Source: Acutalibacteraceae bacterium | GTDB lineage: Bacteria > Bacillota > Clostridia > Oscillospirales > Acutalibacteraceae | Length of the DNA: 28,488 bases | Assembly: GCA_045604545.1 (NCBI GenBank) | Contig: JAZUOG010000083.1 | Location: 1-28,488 of the forward strand | Direction of reading: 5' to 3' | Part shown: positions 26,045 through 28,488 of the stretch, in pieces | Layout: the number at the start of each line of letters is the position of its first letter | Position numbering within the stretch: the stretch's first letter is position 1 | Position numbers and translations under genes: made by a program | Notes under the pieces: generated by a model | Told to the model about the DNA's origin: nothing | Database searches by the model: none | What the model saw: the letters and a program-made list of their open reading frames with translations, nothing else

Positions 26045-26103
26045 CAACTGTACTATGTGAACTAGTACAGTTAGACTATAACACGGTGAATGATGTTTGT
26101 CAA
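26045..26103 (-). promoter_or_regulatory. Autoregulatory region: promoter TTGACA-17-TATAGT (minus strand) followed by a perfect 10-bp inverted repeat AACTGTACTA-n7-TAGTACAGTT
   Basis: -35 at 26098-26103 and -10 at 26075-26080. The palindrome at 26045-26071 lies between the -10 and the RBS of the GntR gene. Confidence 0.6.
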
Positions 26104-26112
26104 GACAAGGAT

Positions 26113-26141
26113 TTGTATTTTTTCGGGAGATGTGGTATACT
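26113..26141 (+). promoter_or_regulatory. Promoter TTGTAT-17-TATACT (TGg extended -10) for the RAYT-uvrC transcript
   Basis: Hexamers at 26113-26118 and 26136-26141. The TSS is ~15 nt before RBS agaggtg. Confidence 0.5.
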
Positions 26142-26163
26142 GGATAAAACAGAGGTGATGGGC

Positions 26164-26628
26164 ATGAACACATTGCCGAATCGAAAGCATAATCGCCTGC
26201 AAGGGTACGATTATCGAACAAACGGTGTCTATCATGTGACGATATGCACAAAAAGAAACGCACCTGTGCTGTGCCGCGTCGTAGGGCGGGCAGACCTCTG
26301 CCCGCCGCAGGTGATGTTGACAAAGCTTGGGACGATTATTAAACGATATATTATGTCTATCGAAGGCGCCTATGATGATATCACTGTTGTGAAGTATGTC
26401 ATCATGCCGGATCATATTCACCTGTTGTTGGTGTTGAACGGAGCGCAGGGGTCTGCGCTCCCTACGGTCAGTAAAGTAGTCAAAGCACTGAAGGTTATGG
26501 TGCGCAAGGAGACCGGATATTCGTTTTTTCAAAGTTCTTTTTACGACCACATTATCCGCTGTCAACAGGACTATGACGCAACATGGGAATATATCGACAA
26601 CAATCCGCTCAAATATAAGGGGAGGTGA
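26164..26628 (+). CDS. IS200-like Y1 HUH transposase of the REP-associated tyrosine transposase (RAYT) type
   Basis: 154 aa. GYDYRTNGVYHVTICTKRN (beta1), HUH motif MPDHIHLLL, and C-terminal SFYDHIIR...DYDATWEYIDNNPLKYK, matching the RAYT catalytic-Tyr helix. Its stop overlaps the uvrC RBS. Confidence 0.8.
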   Translation: MNTLPNRKHNRLQGYDYRTNGVYHVTICTKRNAPVLCRVVGRADLCPPQVMLTKLGTIIKRYIMSIEGAYDDITVVKYVIMPDHIHLLLVLNGAQGSALPTVSKVVKALKVMVRKETGYSFFQSSFYDHIIRCQQDYDATWEYIDNNPLKYKGR

Positions 26629-26633
26629 ATGGA

Positions 26634-28466
26634 ATGATTGACGCACAGCTTGAGCATCTGCGCCGTGCGGCGATGGCGTTGCCGTTGTCGCCGGGTGTGT
26701 ACATCATGCGCGATAAAAACGGCACGGTGATCTATGTCGGCAAGGCGAAGGCGCTTAAAAACCGCGTCAGCCAGTATTTCGGCTCGCAGACCAATCATTC
26801 CATGAAGGTGCGGCGCATGGTGTCGCACGTTGACCGCTTTGAATATATCGTGGTGGGGAGCGAGTTTGAGGCACTCGTTTTGGAATGCTCGCTCATCAAG
26901 CAGTATCACCCGAAGTATAATATCTTATTAAAAGATGATAAGGGCTATCACTATATCCGCGTGTCGCCGCCGCCCTTTTCCCGCATCGCGGTCGTCAAAC
27001 AAAAAGAAGACGACGGCGCGCGGTATATCGGTCCTTACATGAGCTCGTTCGGCATCAAGCAGGCGGTTGATGAAGCAAACAAGGTGTTCGGACTGTCCAC
27101 CTGCTCCAGACAGCTTGTTTACGGCAAGCGCCCGCCGAGAACCGAGCGCCCGTGTCTCAATCACCATCTCGGGCAATGCTGTGCGCCCTGCACGGGACGC
27201 GTCAGCGAGGAGGACTATGCCGAGCGGGTGGCGGGAGCACTTGACTTGCTGACAAAGGGCAGTGCCACCATGATCGACAGTCTCGAGCGACAGATGGAGG
27301 AGGCCGCCGAACAGCTGGAATTCGAAAAAGCGGCGCGGCTTCGCGACCGCATTGCCGCCATTCGCCGCATTGACAGCCGTCAGAAGGTCGTCATGTCGCG
27401 TGTGCCCGAACAAGATGTGATCGCGATGGTGCGGTCAAACGGCAAGGCGTGCTTTGAGGTGTTTCGCGTGCGCGGCGGTGCGCTGACCGACCGCGAGGAA
27501 TTTGTCATCGATGAGGAAGGAAGCGAAAGCGCCGACCGCGGCGAATTTTTGTCGCAGTATTATGCGCTTCGCACCGCTGTCCCGCCGCAGGTGACGGTGG
27601 ACGATCTTCCCGATGACCACGAGCTTCTTGAACAATACCTCAGCGATAAAGCGGGACGGCGGGTGCACATCGTCCGTCCGCAAAAGGGGGAGCAGGCACA
27701 GCTTGTCACCATGTGCCGCGACAACGCGTCCCAGCATCTTGCCGATCTGCTCGGCATGAGCGGCAGGGAGACAGCGGCACTCGATGAACTCGGCACCCTG
27801 CTCGGACTGTCCGCACCGCCCGTGTGGATCGAGTGCTATGACATTTCCCATACTGCGGGCGAGGACGCGGTGGCGGGCATGGTCGTTTACGAAAACGGCA
27901 AGCCGAACAAATCCGCTTACCGCCGCTTTGCCATCAAACTCGCCAAGGGCGGCGATGACCCCGCTTCTCTGCAAGAGGTGCTTGCCCGCCGCATGACGGA
28001 ATATCAAAACGGGGCGGAGGGCTTTGACCGTCTGCCCGATGTGATACTGCTTGACGGCGGTGAGCTGCAGGTGAAGGCGGTCGGCGAGGTGCTCGCGCAG
28101 ATGAATATATCGGTGCCGCTCTTCGGACTTGTCAAGGATTCTCACCACCGCACCCGTGCGGTCACGGCGGGCGGGGAGGAGATCGCTGTGAGGTCCCACC
28201 GCGCGGTGTTCACGCTCCTTTCCGCCATTCAGGAGGAGGTGCACCGCTATGCGATCGGCTACCACCGCAAGACCCGCTCGCGCAAGATCGGCACCACGCT
28301 GACGAAGATCCCCGGCATCGGTGAGACCCGCGCCAAAGCGCTTCTGCGTCATTTCGGCTCGGTGAGTGCCGTTGCCGCCGCGACAGAGGAACAGCTGCTC
28401 CTCTGCAAAGGCATCACCGCTCCTGCGGCAAAAGCCATCGTGACATTTTTCAAAGAAGAGACATGA
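26634..28466 (+). CDS. uvrC: Excinuclease ABC subunit C
   Basis: GIY-YIG N-terminus (GVYIMRDKNGTVIYVGKAKALKNRVSQYF), UvrBC domain, RNase-H-like endonuclease domain and C-terminal HhH. Start at MIDAQLEHL with RBS ggagg. Confidence 0.95.
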   Translation: MIDAQLEHLRRAAMALPLSPGVYIMRDKNGTVIYVGKAKALKNRVSQYFGSQTNHSMKVRRMVSHVDRFEYIVVGSEFEALVLECSLIKQYHPKYNILLKDDKGYHYIRVSPPPFSRIAVVKQKEDDGARYIGPYMSSFGIKQAVDEANKVFGLSTCSRQLVYGKRPPRTERPCLNHHLGQCCAPCTGRVSEEDYAERVAGALDLLTKGSATMIDSLERQMEEAAEQLEFEKAARLRDRIAAIRRIDSRQKVVMSRVPEQDVIAMVRSNGKACFEVFRVRGGALTDREEFVIDEEGSESADRGEFLSQYYALRTAVPPQVTVDDLPDDHELLEQYLSDKAGRRVHIVRPQKGEQAQLVTMCRDNASQHLADLLGMSGRETAALDELGTLLGLSAPPVWIECYDISHTAGEDAVAGMVVYENGKPNKSAYRRFAIKLAKGGDDPASLQEVLARRMTEYQNGAEGFDRLPDVILLDGGELQVKAVGEVLAQMNISVPLFGLVKDSHHRTRAVTAGGEEIAVRSHRAVFTLLSAIQEEVHRYAIGYHRKTRSRKIGTTLTKIPGIGETRAKALLRHFGSVSAVAAATEEQLLLCKGITAPAAKAIVTFFKEET

Positions 28467-28488
28467 CAAAACGGCTGTCCGCCAATGC

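Noticed and set aside
27435-28469. 344-aa minus-strand ORF
   Set aside because: Antisense to uvrC.
1-28488. CRISPR array, rRNA, tmRNA, RNase P, SRP and 6S RNA signatures
   Set aside because: I found no regularly spaced identical repeats of 24-40 nt with unique spacers, and no conserved rRNA, tmRNA (CCA-ending tRNA-like with tag ORF), RNase P or SRP core motifs. Module A in particular does not match these.

Overview
A GC-rich (~58%) chromosomal window from a Firmicutes/Clostridia-like genome, probably a Ruminococcus or Oscillospiraceae relative. The evidence for that is AGGAGG-type ribosome-binding sites, the pth-mfd gene order, a dockerin-bearing secreted protein, and many SPase-II lipoproteins. 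Housekeeping genes are well supported: pyruvate,phosphate dikinase, Mfd, peptidyl-tRNA hydrolase, UvrC, HtpX, and a MerR-like/NfeD/flotillin operon. There is also a YtrA-type GntR regulator with a two-gene ABC transporter and a string of nine small lipoprotein and membrane genes. Several non-standard pieces sit among these. A tRNA-Gln(CUG) gene is followed by two tandem units, each ending in a copy of the tRNA 3' end plus a bidirectional terminator. There is a strongly AT-rich single-gene cassette with its own consensus promoter and terminator. An IS200-like HUH tyrosine transposase of the REP-associated (RAYT) type is translationally coupled to uvrC. Two ~270-nt near-identical elements (A, terminator-ended) and two 76-nt imperfect-palindrome elements (B) lie in ORF-free, hairpin-dense DNA. 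One copy of that DNA is a ~790-bp tract carrying a 22-nt periodic hairpin array. I consider the A/B/hairpin-array regions, candidate large structured ncRNAs or a new composite repeat family, the most likely undescribed element here. The tRNA-Gln tandem units come second. No CRISPR array or rRNA is present. Several long ORFs in the supplied track are antisense shadows of real genes and are rejected.
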